From Nitrosococcus oceani ATCC 19707 (GTDB taxonomy: Bacteria > Pseudomonadota > Gammaproteobacteria > Nitrosococcales > Nitrosococcaceae): 32,000 bases of DNA. The first letter of the stretch is position 1. Each line of letters begins with the position of its first letter. Shown here in pieces: positions 8,194 to 16,290 of this stretch. The DNA is taken from contig NC_007484.1 in the NCBI RefSeq assembly GCF_000012805.1, positions 720,001-752,000 on the forward strand, read 5' to 3'. Under the pieces are notes generated by a model. It saw only the letters and a program-made list of their open reading frames with translations. It was not told the DNA's origin and did no database searches. The translations under genes were made by a program, and so were the position numbers.

Positions 8194-9665
8194 GTCGGCG
8201 CTGAAAAAGCCGGTTCTCAGGCTGCACGAGGTGGAGCAAGTAACAGGTATTGTATAAAAGCCGGTTGGATTTTGAGCCAAAAAATCCTCAGGTACCTGAG
8301 GATCAGCCGGAGATTCTGGCCGGCACCGCACAGGATGGCGTTGATTGCATCGCCCTCGACCCCTTTGAGATAATTGCGATGCAACAGGCCGTCGTTTTTC
8401 ATGTGACCAATGATCGGCTCGATAGCGTTACGTCGTTTTAACTCACGTCGGATAGTGCGCGTGACGCCACGCTTTTGTCGAGCTTTGAATACGTCGACGT
8501 CGTCAACATCGTGACCGCGATAACCTAGATCCACATAACAACGCTCGGGCCGTTGTCCGGTTAATCGCTCAACCTGGTGCAAGGCTTTCTTCAGCGTATG
8601 ACCATCGTAGGGACTGCCTGGCAGTGACTGTGCGCCCACCACCAGGTTGGAACGGTTGGTGGTGGCGATACTAACCTTGACACCAAACTCGTAGCGCTTG
8701 TGCGCCGTGCCTTTGGCAATGCACTCAACCTCCGGTGCGTGCAGCGCGTAGAGTTTATTTTTATCGTGACGTTGTTGATCGAGCAATCGTTTGGTTAATG
8801 CCATCGACTCTGCAAAGGCCGCTTGCACCGAGGCCGATTGCTTCGGCAATTTGCGCTCAATGTCCCGAACCACCCGCCCCAGCACGGTCTTCAGCTTCGC
8901 GGCGGTGCGGCGCATGCGGCGTGTCTGTCGCGCATAACCGTAGCGGTTGTTCTTGAACAAAAGTCGCGGGCCCACGCGCACGTAGCTTTGGCGCAACGGT
9001 ACGCCGTGTGCTTTCGCCAAGCGTACCAGGCGCTCACGGGCCCGGTTGTACAGCTTCGAGTCGGTGGGGAACGCAATCGCTTTCTCCTGCACCGTCGTGT
9101 CAACCGTAACGCACTTTAAATCTCGTGCTTTCACCGCCTTCGACGCAATCGCTGCATCGATCGTCGCACTCAGTAACGATTCCATACCCTCGTCACCTAA
9201 ACGCTGACGCCAACGTGTCAACGAACTCGGGTTCAATGGCAGCTCGTGTTGAAAATACCTTTCACCACAAAAGTATTGCCAGTACGGATTCTCTGCCCAG
9301 CGTTGCACCACCTGTTCATCGGACAAGCCGTAGGTGTGTTTCAAGTAGTGCAGACCCGCAATCAATCGGGTCGCGATGGCAGGACGACCGTTCTCACAAA
9401 ATGCCTCACCCCACTGTGCATCAAAGAACTCCCAATCAATTAACGCTGCGAGTTTGGCCAGCTCATGGCGCGTATCAATGAGGTTTTCCAGGCGGTGACG
9501 AAACAGATCATCGGTGGGTAAATCGGGTGGCGTTTGAGGCTTCATTTTAGCTTCCGAAATTGCCAGCTTCGGATACGTATCTTACCATTCGCTGGCAATT
9601 TCTTCTCTACAAAATTACCTTATTCCTAAATACTTTCAGGGCCTTATGACTTCTTCAGCGCCGAC
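8194..9665 (-). mobile_element. IS5-family insertion sequence (1472 bp)
   Basis: Terminal inverted repeats are GTCGGCGCTGAAAAAG (8194-) and the reverse complement of CTTCTTCAGCGCCGAC (-9665), with 15 of 16 positions matching. The element is flanked by the direct repeat TATCTA at 8188-8193 and 9666-9671. It contains one transposase ORF. Confidence 0.85.
8217..9545 (-). CDS. IS5-family DDE transposase (442 aa)
   Basis: The N-terminus 'DDLFRHRLENLIDTRHELAKLAALIDWEFFD...GRPAIATRLIAGLHYLKHTYGLSDEQVV' is typical of the InsH/DUF772-type N-terminal domain of IS5-family transposases. It is a full-length ORF between the inverted repeats. Confidence 0.9.
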   Translation of the reverse strand: MKPQTPPDLPTDDLFRHRLENLIDTRHELAKLAALIDWEFFDAQWGEAFCENGRPAIATRLIAGLHYLKHTYGLSDEQVVQRWAENPYWQYFCGERYFQHELPLNPSSLTRWRQRLGDEGMESLLSATIDAAIASKAVKARDLKCVTVDTTVQEKAIAFPTDSKLYNRARERLVRLAKAHGVPLRQSYVRVGPRLLFKNNRYGYARQTRRMRRTAAKLKTVLGRVVRDIERKLPKQSASVQAAFAESMALTKRLLDQQRHDKNKLYALHAPEVECIAKGTAHKRYEFGVKVSIATTNRSNLVVGAQSLPGSPYDGHTLKKALHQVERLTGQRPERCYVDLGYRGHDVDDVDVFKARQKRGVTRTIRRELKRRNAIEPIIGHMKNDGLLHRNYLKGVEGDAINAILCGAGQNLRLILRYLRIFWLKIQPAFIQYLLLAPPRAA

Positions 9666-9671
9666 TATCTA

Positions 9672-10066
9672 AGCTGGAAACAGAAAGGGGAGAGAGAATC
9701 CTATTTCATAGAATTGGTGCAGTGGATACGATTGACGTGTTCGAGGCTGTCACTTTCTCAGGAAGCGAGTGGTTCATCTTGTTTTTGGACCTATACCACC
9801 CCCGGCGTTCACGTCTAACGCCAGATGGATTTCGCTTTACACAGGAGGTCGGTCAGTTCTCTGGTTTCCATAAATTTTGCACTGACTTCCCGTATGACTT
9901 CGTGGAGATGAAGCAGTCAGAGAGCGAATCTGGATTGAGTATGGCGTATATCGCCATCAGCAAGTTTATGGAACCCATTCAGAACAGAGCATACCAACGA
10001 CCACTTGCGCACAAGGCGAAGTTAGATCTAGTGAAGAGTCGCCTGACCAGTGTTCAGGCACAATAA
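9672..10066 (+). pseudogene. 3' part of the IS-interrupted gene
   Basis: Removing 8194-9671 joins ...AYLS to KLETERGERILFHRIGAVDTIDVFEAV... in frame. The track ORF 9722..10066 is the tail of this frame. Confidence 0.8.
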
Positions 10067-10128
10067 GACCTGGATGATGCTCGTTTCGCCAATCGAGAGG
10101 AGCGCTGTTTGATGAGCCAGGTGATGGC

Positions 10129-11379
10129 ATGACGAAGACGGCCACTCACAAATGGATCTTCCCTGCACGTTTTCGTGCAGGGGCCTATGGTTGGAAATCC
10201 TCCAAATTAGCGTGCCAGCGACTTCGCGAAGCCGTTTCCGAAATCAAGAAGGTGGCGAAGAAAGAACCTGATCTGGCTGCAGAAGGTGCCGTCCGCCTGA
10301 TCGAAAAGCTCTGGCCTGCGCTGGAGCATGTGGACAGCTCCAGCGGCGCCCTGGGTTCTGCGGTGAACAAAGTACTCGACCAACTGCTTCCAGTCATCAT
10401 CAATGCGCCGGCGGATCCCAATACACGCCAAAAATGGCTTGAACGCTTATGGCAGGCGATGGAGGATGATGGCGTCGACTACCTGGGGCCGGTGGGTGAC
10501 CGCTGGGGAGAGGTGTGCGGTTCGGTGGAAAGCGCCAATCAGTGGGCCGAAGAATTGATGCCGACATTGAGGTCGTGTTGGGCCGACCCGAATCCCGGAA
10601 ACTATTTTCATGGCGCAACGGCCTGCCTGTCCTGCCTGCTGGTGGCCGAACGCTATCAGGATCTGCTCGACCTCCTGGCGCTCGACCGTAAACCTTTCTG
10701 GCACTACCGTCGCTATGGTGTCGAGGCGTTATTGTCGATGGGCAAGAAGTCGGAAGCGCTGCAATACGCTGAGGGATCACGAGGCTTGAACCAACCGGAT
10801 TCGGCGATTGATCAGGCCTGCGAAGAGATCCTGATTTCCTCGGGTCTCCATGATGAGGCCTATCGGCGCTATGGGCTGAGGGCGGCCCAGGGGAATTGGT
10901 ATCTCGCCCAATTTCGTGCTGTGGCAAAGCGCTACCCCATGAAGGATGCGTCAGCGATTCTGGCCGACCTCATCGCCACGACCCCCGGAGATGAAGGAAA
11001 ATGGTTTGCGACGGCAAAGGAGCTGGAGCTGTATGTACTCGCATTGGGCCTTGCGAACCGGAGTCCCTGTGATCCAAAAACACTGACCAGGGCGGCCAGG
11101 GATAACCTCGATTCGGCACCGGAATTTGCCCTGGGTTCAGCCCTGACCGCGTTGCGCTGGCTGAGTGAGGGTTGGGGTTACGAGGTGACCAACGTCGATG
11201 TGATGGAGGCCTATGACCGGGCAATGGACGCTGCCACCCGCTTGAATAAGGCTGACGACGTTACCGGGCAGATCCGGCAACTCGTTGAGGCGAACGACAA
11301 TGGGGCGAGACAGTTTGTGCGCCAGGCATTGCAGGGAAGAATGCGCGTCGGTAGTGACGACAACGGCCCAGAGACATAA
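10129..11379 (+). CDS. Hypothetical alpha-helical protein (416 aa)
   Basis: Long ORF with coding-like composition. A decayed paralogous 3' fragment is present at 21749-22070. I recognise no catalytic motif. Confidence 0.75.
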   Translation: MTKTATHKWIFPARFRAGAYGWKSSKLACQRLREAVSEIKKVAKKEPDLAAEGAVRLIEKLWPALEHVDSSSGALGSAVNKVLDQLLPVIINAPADPNTRQKWLERLWQAMEDDGVDYLGPVGDRWGEVCGSVESANQWAEELMPTLRSCWADPNPGNYFHGATACLSCLLVAERYQDLLDLLALDRKPFWHYRRYGVEALLSMGKKSEALQYAEGSRGLNQPDSAIDQACEEILISSGLHDEAYRRYGLRAAQGNWYLAQFRAVAKRYPMKDASAILADLIATTPGDEGKWFATAKELELYVLALGLANRSPCDPKTLTRAARDNLDSAPEFALGSALTALRWLSEGWGYEVTNVDVMEAYDRAMDAATRLNKADDVTGQIRQLVEANDNGARQFVRQALQGRMRVGSDDNGPET

Positions 11380-11419
11380 CTCAGTAACAGAAACAGAACG
11401 TTGTTGGGGCATTTAAATA

Positions 11420-11437
11420 GGTAACATATATGCTACC
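11420..11437. promoter_or_regulatory. 18-bp imperfect palindrome GGTAACATATATGCTACC upstream of the orphan antitoxin gene (candidate operator)
   Basis: 16 of 18 positions are self-complementary. It lies about 50 bp upstream of ATG 11489, in the position where copy B carries the toxin gene. Confidence 0.3.
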
Positions 11438-11488
11438 ATTGGCTTCACATGACAGAGGTTAGAGAATAACTCGACAGTGAGCGACACG

Positions 11489-11812
11489 ATGGCTTTGACG
11501 AAAGATTTTAAGGACAGCATACAGGCACGCACCCAACGGGATCCGGCGTTTCGCAAGGCTCTGCTGCAGGAAGGGGTTGAGTGCCTGCTGGCCGATGATG
11601 TCGCCACCGGCAAGGCGGTGCTGCGTGACTACATCAACGCGACCATCGGGTTCGAGGAGCTGTCCCGGGTCTTCGGTAAATCGAGCAAGAGTCTCATGCG
11701 CATGTTCGGGCCGAAAGGTAACCCCCAGGCGAGTAACTTGTTCGCGGTGATCCATTATCTGCAGGAGCAGGAGGGCATACACCTGGAAGTCAAAGCCCGG
11801 AAGGTGGCCTAG
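11489..11812 (+). CDS. HTH 'addiction-module antidote' antitoxin (HigA-like), orphan
   Basis: 'MALTKDFKDSIQARTQRDPAFRKALLQEGVECLL...IGFEELSRVFGKSSKSLMRMFGPKGNPQASNLFAVIHYLQE' follows the pattern of the antidote family that pairs with RelE/ParE-type killer proteins. The track start 11477 is GTG; ATG 11489 matches the start of the paralogue at 22300. No toxin gene lies upstream. Confidence 0.8.
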   Translation: MALTKDFKDSIQARTQRDPAFRKALLQEGVECLLADDVATGKAVLRDYINATIGFEELSRVFGKSSKSLMRMFGPKGNPQASNLFAVIHYLQEQEGIHLEVKARKVA

Positions 11813-12211
11813 TGTGCGTTGTGGCGATGCTCAATCTGCAAATTTTTCGAGTATTTTGAAGGATTTTCTGAGCATGGTATTTTTCATGGTATTACCGATT
11901 TTAAGGAAAATAAGCCATTGAAAATAAACGATAAAAATGTCTTATTGATAATCGAGTGGGAGTAGGGGGTACTCACGGATAGTCACTGGTCTTTGAACCT
12001 ACCCTGAGCTGAGTCGCTCTGAGATTGCCACTCTAAGTTGAGTAATAAAGGCTCAACTATTCGAAGAGCTGCCATAAGAAAAGTCAGTGTCTAAGACGAT
12101 ATCCCGCGGTCGGCGTTCACGATGAATATGCGCGTCAGTTATGTCGCAAAAGGGGATTTACCGCCTAAGTAGTAAAATCTTTGCTGTTCTCCAGATGCTC
12201 ATCGCCAGCGT

Positions 12212-13594
12212 TTACTTGGCCTGATTAAGCGGTAGGCGAATGCGCACACTGAGCCCGCCATTGGGTTCATTGCTTGCGGATATTACGCCACCGTGCAGGT
12301 GTATCGCGCGTTCCGCGATCGCTAATCCCAGGCCGTACCCCCCGCTCTCCCTGTCGCGGGCATCACCCACGCGCACGAAGGGTTCAAATAATTTCGTCAA
12401 CATATCGTCCGGCACGCCGGGACCATGGTCTCGCACTTGAACAAGCAGCCAGCCGGGGTGCTCAGGGTCGTGCTGCAGGGTGATGTCTACCGAGGTATTC
12501 TCATCCGTATATCTGATTGCGTTGCGCACTACATTTTCCAGGGCGCTTCTCAGCAGGGGTTCGTTGGCCTCGATGGTTGCCGACAGGCTATTATTGATGG
12601 TGCGCACCTGGCGATTCGCGGCACGCGCCTCAAAATCCGCGTTCTCAGCGACTTCCGCCAGGAGGGCGGCTACATCAACCGGCTCTGAATGGGTGAGCTG
12701 GGTATTGGATTCCAGGCGCGTGAGTGATAAGAGTTGTCCGATCAATTCATTCAGACGTTCGGCTTCGTGCTCGATGCGATCCAGTTCGGCATTGGTCTGA
12801 TGTTGTTGGCGTTGGCGTACGAGCCCCAATGCCACCTGCAGCCGAGCCAACGGTGAGCGAAGTTCATGTGAAACGTCGCTGAGCAACTGCTTTTGTGAGC
12901 CGATGAGAATTTGCAGGCGTTCGGCCATATGGTCGAAATCACGGGCGAGATCGGCGACTTCATCCCTGCGCCTACCCATGGTTGATGCGACCCGCAAACT
13001 GAGATTACCGGCAGCGAATTGATGGGTCGCATTGCTGAGTCGCCGTATAGGCCTGGTGAGATATCCAGCCAGGAGAAAGCAGACCAGCCCGCTGACAATC
13101 GCGGCCACGATGACGGGGGGCGCGATGACCCGCGGCCTGCTCAGCACTCTATTCAGGGTTACCGCCTGAAAGTTTGGCACCAGCAGGTATTCGCCGGCGC
13201 CGGGTACCTGAATCAGGTCACGGCGCCCAGGCGATCGCCTTTCATCCGTCGGACGCCGTGGCTTCCTCCTGCGATCTAAGCGTTCCGCGAGGTGGGATGA
13301 TATGGGTCGATCAAGTAAATCCTTGCCTGCTCTATCGATCAATAAAAAGGGGATTGCCTCGGTTCGGTCCAGTTTTTTTAGCCACGACTTCAGTCCTTCA
13401 ATTCCTTCGATTTTCGCAACTAACCGAGCCTCGTTAATATAGGTTAAATGCCGGTCGCGTGGACTTTCGATCTCATCCTGCGCGTGTGTGCGCTCCAGAA
13501 AGAGCGACGCTGCCAGCAGACCGGCGCCGGCGAACAGAATGAGGGAAATCCAGAAGGAGAGAAAAATTTTCCAGAAAAGGCGGTTCATCATCAA
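12212..13594 (-). CDS. cpxA: Sensor histidine kinase, CpxA-like
   Basis: Two TM segments flank a periplasmic domain. A HAMP-like segment is followed by the H-box 'SHELRSPLARL'. 'VVRNAIRYT', 'DHGPGV' and 'RVGDARDRESGGYGLGLAIAERAI' closely resemble E. coli CpxA. The start overlaps the regulator stop by 4 nt. Confidence 0.85.
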   Translation of the reverse strand: MMMNRLFWKIFLSFWISLILFAGAGLLAASLFLERTHAQDEIESPRDRHLTYINEARLVAKIEGIEGLKSWLKKLDRTEAIPFLLIDRAGKDLLDRPISSHLAERLDRRRKPRRPTDERRSPGRRDLIQVPGAGEYLLVPNFQAVTLNRVLSRPRVIAPPVIVAAIVSGLVCFLLAGYLTRPIRRLSNATHQFAAGNLSLRVASTMGRRRDEVADLARDFDHMAERLQILIGSQKQLLSDVSHELRSPLARLQVALGLVRQRQQHQTNAELDRIEHEAERLNELIGQLLSLTRLESNTQLTHSEPVDVAALLAEVAENADFEARAANRQVRTINNSLSATIEANEPLLRSALENVVRNAIRYTDENTSVDITLQHDPEHPGWLLVQVRDHGPGVPDDMLTKLFEPFVRVGDARDRESGGYGLGLAIAERAIHLHGGVISASNEPNGGLSVRIRLPLNQAK

Positions 13595-14286
13595 CGTGTG
13601 TACTGGTAGCCAACACCACGAACGGTTTTGATTCTTTCCTCGCCGTTGGTAAGTGGTCCAAGCTTTTTGCGCAGACTGCTGAGGTGCATGTCGATACTGC
13701 GGTCATAGCGCGTCAGCTCCCTGCCCAGGGCGCGTTCTGATAACTCCGCCTTGGACACGACATGGCCGGCTTCACGCAGTAGCACTTCAAGCACACTGTA
13801 CTCTGTGCTCGTCATGGTGACAGGCCGCCCATTCAGGGCAACCGTGCGCGACCCGGTTTGAACCTCGAGATCATCGAGTTTCAATATTTCCGGTGGCGCT
13901 GATTTTTCGCCGTGTTGTGTTTGTGATTGTAAACGCCGGAGTATGGCGCGGATGCGGGCGACCAGTACGCGCGGGTTACAAGGTTTTGGTAGATAGTCGT
14001 CAGCGCCCAGCTCAAGGCCGATAATGCTATCCACATCCTCGCCGCGGGCCGTCAGCATCAGCACCGGCACTAAAGAGTCTTTACGCAATTCGCGTAATAC
14101 ATCAAAGCCATTGAGCTGCGGCATCATCACATCGAGTACGGCCAGGTCGTAGCCGCCTGTCCGGGCCTGATTCAATGCGGACTCGCCGCCATGGGCCATA
14201 CCCACCTGGAAGCCTTCGACTTCCAGGTATTGCTTTAGCATCCCGCACAACTCAATGTCATCATCCGCCAGCAGTATTCGGTTCAT
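13591..14286 (-). CDS. cpxR: OmpR-family response regulator, CpxR-like
   Basis: 'ILLADDDIEL...DLAVLDVMMPQLNGFDVL...LMLTARGEDVDSIIGLELGADDYLPKPCNPRVLVARIRAILRR' is close to E. coli CpxR. A winged-helix C-terminus is present. Confidence 0.9.
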   Translation of the reverse strand: MNRILLADDDIELCGMLKQYLEVEGFQVGMAHGGESALNQARTGGYDLAVLDVMMPQLNGFDVLRELRKDSLVPVLMLTARGEDVDSIIGLELGADDYLPKPCNPRVLVARIRAILRRLQSQTQHGEKSAPPEILKLDDLEVQTGSRTVALNGRPVTMTSTEYSVLEVLLREAGHVVSKAELSERALGRELTRYDRSIDMHLSSLRKKLGPLTNGEERIKTVRGVGYQYTR

Positions 14287-14377
14287 GGCATATTTCGGAT
14301 CTTAATCAAAATACCTGTACTGATGTTGGCACAATAGGAGATATAAGTAATGACTCGTTTTTCAACAATTACCCATC

Positions 14378-14392
14378 TTTACACAATCTTAC
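14378..14392. promoter_or_regulatory. Candidate CpxR box (TTTAC-N5-CTTAC, i.e. GTAAG-N5-GTAAA on the other strand)
   Basis: One mismatch to the established CpxR consensus GTAAA-N5-GTAAA. It sits centrally in the 199-bp divergent cpxR/cpxP intergenic region. Confidence 0.45.
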
Positions 14393-14485
14393 TCAGCTGC
14401 GACACACATTGACGCCGAAATTCACTAATCTGGCAGCATGCTTTGATTCACAGAGCATATCACTAACATAGATAGGAGATTAATT

Positions 14486-14965
14486 ATGAAAAAGTCATCA
14501 AAAGCACTGTTGGCCAGTATGTTGATCGTGAGTTCATTGGGACTTGTTGCGACAGTGTCTGCCAAGCAGCACAGCGATAGGCCGGACTGTAAGCGCGATG
14601 GTCATCACATGGGGGCGGGTTATAAGCATGGCGACAAGGGATTTAACGTGGACCGCATGGCCAGAAAGCTGGACCTCGGAGATGACCAACGTACGCAGAT
14701 TGAGGCCATTATGGAAGCATCAAAACAGCAGATGAGCGATCAACGCGACAAGATGCAAGCGAATCGCGAACAGCTGAGATCGCTGACGACGCAAAGTCCG
14801 CTTGATGAAGCGGCGGTGCGTACGGTCGCGGACGCTCAGGGCGATCTGGAGGCCGATATGATTGTGCTGCGAGCGCAGCAACGCGCGAAGATCAATGCTA
14901 TTCTCACCGATGAGCAGCGCGCTGAGCTGGAAGACATGGGTGGCAAGAAACGCGGGCATCGCTGA
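14486..14965 (+). CDS. cpxP: Periplasmic CpxP/Spy-family protein
   Basis: Signal peptide 'MKKSSKALLASMLIVSSLGLVATVSA'. LTxxQ-type motifs are present ('LGDDQRTQIEAI', 'ILTDEQRAELE'). It is divergent from cpxRA, as in E. coli. Confidence 0.8.
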   Translation: MKKSSKALLASMLIVSSLGLVATVSAKQHSDRPDCKRDGHHMGAGYKHGDKGFNVDRMARKLDLGDDQRTQIEAIMEASKQQMSDQRDKMQANREQLRSLTTQSPLDEAAVRTVADAQGDLEADMIVLRAQQRAKINAILTDEQRAELEDMGGKKRGHR

Positions 14966-14984
14966 TTTTGCCAAAACCTACTAC

Positions 14985-15009
14985 GTGGCGGTCCGTGCAG
15001 GACCGCCAC
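14985..15009 (+). terminator. Perfect 10-bp stem hairpin (GTGGCGGTCC-gtgca-GGACCGCCAC) 20 nt after the cpxP stop
   Basis: Read from the sequence. No T-tract follows, so intrinsic-terminator function is uncertain. Confidence 0.4.
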
Positions 15010-15287
15010 CACAGGGGCATGTGACGAAAGATGAAGCTGACTTATAGCGACGTGATCCATATACCTAATATATCCACCGCACCTGCGCATAATCTGCACA
15101 TTGTTTTTGTACAGTCTTCAGTAATGGCGCATAAGTACGCAGCGCCCTGGTATGATTGGCGGCAACGCAACCTGCTGCGAATCCATAGTGTTTCATCGTA
15201 AAGGCAGGATTAGACAGGACAGCGCATTCCTTGGTAATCAGTTAGGCCAGGTCGATACGCCGCGCATTCCAGGCGGGAAGGTGGAAA

Positions 15288-15712
15288 ATGCCGCTGACGT
15301 ATTCGGGCATGCTGCTTATTCCGTTCTTCGTCGCTGCTTCATTGACTCTCGATGATAAGGGGCTCTATGCGTCGCTGATCAGTGTCCTGAACATCACCGC
15401 CATGATAGCGCTTTTTGCCCAGTTTCCGCTGGTTGGGCGTGATGGCAACGCAGGGCAGTTCAATCCGCGCCTGGCCGAGTGCCGGCTCATTGTCGATGGC
15501 GGCTTGAGCCAGAAGATCGCAACCATCGCAGGAGCAGGCATTTCGATGAACTCCCTGTGAAGTGTTCGCCGCGAACTTGCCGATGGCTCGCTGGTCCGTG
15601 TCCTGCCCGACTATACGAGCGATGACCAGGCGGCCCTGTGGCTCGTCTATCCGAAATCGAATGTCCTGACGGCAAAATCAGGATCTTCATCGACTTCTTG
15701 ATAGAGAGGATT
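15288..15712 (+). pseudogene. LysR-type regulator remnant (C-terminal substrate-binding part, multiple frameshifts, no HTH)
   Basis: The pieces 'IATIAGAGISMNSL*', 'LADGSLVRVLPDYTSDDQAALWLVYPKSNVLTA' and 'KIRIFIDFLIER' lie in three different frames. Together they reproduce the conserved LysR C-terminus. The N-terminal two thirds of the gene are missing. Confidence 0.6.
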
Positions 15713-15717
15713 GGGAA

Positions 15718-16290
15718 GTGCTTTATGCCGTGGAGTTTCTGACCAACCCCAGGTTGCGCGATGAAGTTGGCAATATTCGCCTGGTGCCGCCGGAAGAGCG
15801 TATCTATGGCAATGGCGCCTCCTGGAGCATGGCGGCCTTCACCCACCTACCGGTGGATGGTCGAGGCGGTTGCTTTAACCGGGATTTCGGCATCTATTAC
15901 TGCGCCGCCGATAAGGTAGTGGCCATCGCCGAATCATCCTTCCATCGGGCACGATTCCTACGAGAATCCAGAATCGACAGGACCACCCAGGAAATGCGCG
16001 TTATCCGCGCACAACTGGGACCTGTCATCTTGCATGACGTGCGGCACCTGGACGGAGACGCCATCTACGATCCCAATGATTACCGAGAGGGACAGCAGCT
16101 CGGCTATGGGTTACGTGATGCCAAAAGTTACGGCGTTCGCTATCGCAGCGTGAGAGCGAAAGGGGAGTGTTATGGGGTGATGCGTCCCAAGGCGCTTTCG
16201 GATGCCATTCACTGGCATTATCTGCGCTATCACTATGACCAGGGGATGATCGTTGAGGTTGAATCCCTGGATGGCAGTGGCAGAGGGTAA
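15718..16290 (+). CDS. RES-domain protein, apparently 5'-truncated and lacking an antitoxin partner
   Basis: 'LTNPRLRDEVGNIRLVPPEERIYGNGASWSMAAFTHL...GGCFNRDFGIYYCAADKVVAIAES...YGVRYRSVRAKGECYGVMRP' matches the long RES family I remember. That family normally has about 40 more N-terminal residues and 'SRF/GRW' where this protein has 'GCF'. The ORF opens with GTG right at the junction with the LysR relic. Confidence 0.65.
   Translation: MLYAVEFLTNPRLRDEVGNIRLVPPEERIYGNGASWSMAAFTHLPVDGRGGCFNRDFGIYYCAADKVVAIAESSFHRARFLRESRIDRTTQEMRVIRAQLGPVILHDVRHLDGDAIYDPNDYREGQQLGYGLRDAKSYGVRYRSVRAKGECYGVMRPKALSDAIHWHYLRYHYDQGMIVEVESLDGSGRG

Noticed and set aside
10400-10927. 175-aa minus-strand ORF (plus 10185..10431 and 10970..11412 ORFs) opposite the 416-aa gene
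   Set aside because: These are Pro/Arg/Ser-rich translations typical of antisense frames of GC-rich coding DNA. The plus-strand ORF is much longer and has a conserved paralogue.
12212-14965. Functional coupling of the cpx locus to the Hsp70/PG-binding operon
   Set aside because: The two loci are separated by an IS element, an unrelated gene, a TA remnant and 400 bp of non-coding DNA. The cpx locus is also on the opposite strand, and nothing in the sequence links them.
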